Assembly: GCA_963667845.2 (NCBI GenBank)
Contig: CAXXVL010000002.1
Location: 352,001 to 416,000, forward strand
Origin: Smithellaceae bacterium
Lineage (GTDB): Bacteria; Desulfobacterota; Syntrophia; Syntrophales; Smithellaceae
Direction: 5' to 3'
Length of the DNA stretch: 64,000 nt
This document shows, piece by piece, positions 62,130 through 64,000 of the stretch; the first letter of the stretch is position 1; every line of letters starts with the position of its first letter. The position numbers and the translations under genes are program-made. The notes beneath the pieces were generated by a model that saw nothing but the letters and a program-made list of their open reading frames with translations, ran no database searches and was not told the DNA's origin.

Positions 62130-62164
62130 TCAGCAAGTCATAGGCTGTAGGAAACAGACGTAAA

Positions 62165-62202
62165 ATAAAGCCCGGCGGGAATGTCTTCCCTCCGGGCTTT
62201 AT
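62165..62202. terminator. Bidirectional terminator between convergent genes
   Basis: ATAAAGCCCGG...CCGGGCTTTAT. Confidence 0.75.
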
Positions 62203-62246
62203 TTATTCCTAACAGTCTAACAGCCTTCAGCCTACAGTCTAATAGC

Positions 62247-63614
62247 CTAGAATACGAGCGTCAGCTTATTAATAAGGATGTAATCGTCATTAATGGCATT
62301 GCCCTCCGATGCGCCTTTGAAATACTTGCCGGTAAACAGATAACCTGCGCCCAGCATATACGAAAGGTTGTTCGTGATTTTGTAAGTTGCCGTTAAATCG
62401 AGTTCGTACCCGTAATCGTTATAGAGATAAGCTGTGCCGGGGTCTTTCGGATCAGCCCAGGGTTTTTTGTCGGCGATGGCGTAAGAGACGGACGCCATAA
62501 CATCCAGTTTATCGATCGGCCGCACGCCGCCTCTGACCTGGAAAAACCAGGCATTCGTCATGGGACCGCCATTATATCCGGAAGGATTAAGCGGGGTCAT
62601 AACGGCATTATGACCGAGCTGATTGCCCGCCCAGTAAGTCAAATCACTATTGAAAAGAATCAAGCAGGGGGTCCAATCGCGCCCGCCGTTGATGAGCAGG
62701 CTATTGGCTTCTATTTTGTCCGCCGTTCCGGGGTCGTCGCCGGAAACATACGCGATGCTGCCTCCCACGTAGAATTTGCCGAAATCAGCCGTAGCATCGA
62801 CCCAGGCCGATAAGCTGTCTAATTTTAAATCGACCTGGTCCGTTTCGTATTGCTTCCATTTTCCCCAAAAATAATCCGCTTCCGCCTGAATCTTTACGGG
62901 CCCCAAATTCACGATGGCATAGGGAATCAGTGTATAGAACAGAGCCTTGTAATTTCCGGCCGGTCTGTTTGTCGCATCACGTCCCACCCCGCCCAGGACA
63001 CCTGTTTCGCCGCCCCTCCAGGAATATCTGACTGCCGCGCAATACTTGTCATTGTCGACGTCGGAGGCAGTCACGCCCGGGGTCAGCACCGTGCGGCTGT
63101 TCTCACCCATTTTAACGATTTGCACCGTTACAAACCAGGGGTCCTGTGCATAGCTCCAGGCCACCTTACCCTTGGGACCGGCGCTGTCCGCAAAGACGGT
63201 CCCAAATACATTGTCATTCATATACCCGACACGGAAAATGCCTACAGGCGACATGTATTGAACGTAAGCCCAGTCAAAAGCAATGTTTTCATTTTCGGCC
63301 CTGGTGCCGGCGGATCCTGTGTCAAGAGCGGTGCCGGGAACAAAACGGCTGGCGCCCCAGGCTCTTTTCATAATATCCGCCCGCGTGATCAGCATCAGGC
63401 CCGGATGAATGATGAACGTCGAGTTCAGACGCAGACGCTGAAAATAGAAAGCCGTGCTGGGTCCGTCCGCAGCCGTACCTTTTTTAAATGTCGTCTTGTC
63501 CAGATACAGACCGCCCGCGAAAAATTCACCGCCGACTTTCAAATCCGCGGCCCGGGCTGACGTACTGATGATCAGGCCGAGCCCGAGCAAACAAAAGATG
63601 ATCCCGCGTTTCAT
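62247..63614 (-). CDS. Outer-membrane beta-barrel/porin-like protein
   Basis: Signal peptide, alternating aromatic beta-strands, YGYELDLTATYKI, C-terminal Phe. Confidence 0.75.
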   Translation of the reverse strand: MKRGIIFCLLGLGLIISTSARAADLKVGGEFFAGGLYLDKTTFKKGTAADGPSTAFYFQRLRLNSTFIIHPGLMLITRADIMKRAWGASRFVPGTALDTGSAGTRAENENIAFDWAYVQYMSPVGIFRVGYMNDNVFGTVFADSAGPKGKVAWSYAQDPWFVTVQIVKMGENSRTVLTPGVTASDVDNDKYCAAVRYSWRGGETGVLGGVGRDATNRPAGNYKALFYTLIPYAIVNLGPVKIQAEADYFWGKWKQYETDQVDLKLDSLSAWVDATADFGKFYVGGSIAYVSGDDPGTADKIEANSLLINGGRDWTPCLILFNSDLTYWAGNQLGHNAVMTPLNPSGYNGGPMTNAWFFQVRGGVRPIDKLDVMASVSYAIADKKPWADPKDPGTAYLYNDYGYELDLTATYKITNNLSYMLGAGYLFTGKYFKGASEGNAINDDYILINKLTLVF

Positions 63615-63727
63615 GTTTTCTCCTTTATTGCATTCGAATTGCTTAAAATAAGACGGTGCCGGAGCGCCGAAGAATTGAGGGAGTGTCTATCATATTTGAA
63701 TTGCATTCGTCAAAAAGAAAACCAGAA

Positions 63728-63762
63728 AAAAGCCCGGCAGGTTTCCCCGCCGGGCCTCTTTG
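63728..63762. terminator. Hairpin terminator between the porin paralogs
   Basis: AAAAGCCCGGC...GCCGGGC stem with a U-tract on the minus strand. Confidence 0.7.
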
Positions 63763-63816
63763 TAATCTAGCAGACTAACTCTCTATTGCCTCGCGTCCCC
63801 GTGAGGGGATAAAGGC

Positions 63817-64000
63817 CTAGAAGGTCAGTGTCAGCTTGTTGATGACCAGGAAGTTATTCCGAAGGTCATTGGTGCCAGAAGCATTCACGCCCTTATACCA
63901 GTCGCCGGTGAAGAAATAGCCGCCGCCCAGCATATAGGACAGGTTGTTGGTGATCTTGTACGTAGCGGTCAAATCCACTTCGTAACCGTAGTCTCTGCTC
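63817..64000 (-). CDS. Paralogous porin-like protein, C-terminal part only
   Basis: Manual translation: ...DYGYEVDLTATYKITNNLSYMLGGGYFFTGDWYKG...INKLTLTF*, closely similar to the end of 62247-63614. Confidence 0.8.
   Translation of the reverse strand, partial: SRDYGYEVDLTATYKITNNLSYMLGGGYFFTGDWYKGVNASGTNDLRNNFLVINKLTLTF

Overview
Chromosomal window that looks like an anaerobic, syntrophic deltaproteobacterium (Syntrophales/Smithella-like; this is inferred from gene content and not proven). The backbone is housekeeping: proA, lolA, ilvE, moaC, long-form glmS, nrpR, gdhA, glmM, pyrG, gpsA, surE, dnaK, grpE, gmhA, three Hsp20s, ubiE, a CHASE2 adenylate cyclase module, an acetate-CoA ligase and porins. 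Main accessory feature: a 15,263-bp AT-rich integrative element (6918-22180) that splits comM inside its Walker B codons. Both junctions can be read directly: a CT crossover dinucleotide and 22-bp imperfect inverted attP arms. attP lies inside the 3' end of the large serine integrase gene, so excision would restore a 509-aa ComM and give the integrase a new 39-aa C-terminus. The element also carries a Rep_trans-like initiator, a ParB-like protein, a resolvase and envelope/defence-like cargo. Nested in it is a 2.1-kb unit of two tyrosine recombinases with terminal inverted repeats and an AGGAA direct repeat. Other notable signals are a candidate oriC (DUE/IHF/DnaA-box cluster) at about 4920-5100 with no dnaA gene, and an NrdD paralog that has lost its glycyl-radical glycine and overlaps a SAMHD1-like HD hydrolase gene. 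Also seen: a diverged ~190-bp repeat inside the element and recurrent heptamer arrays at gene ends. No tRNA, rRNA or CRISPR array was recognised.
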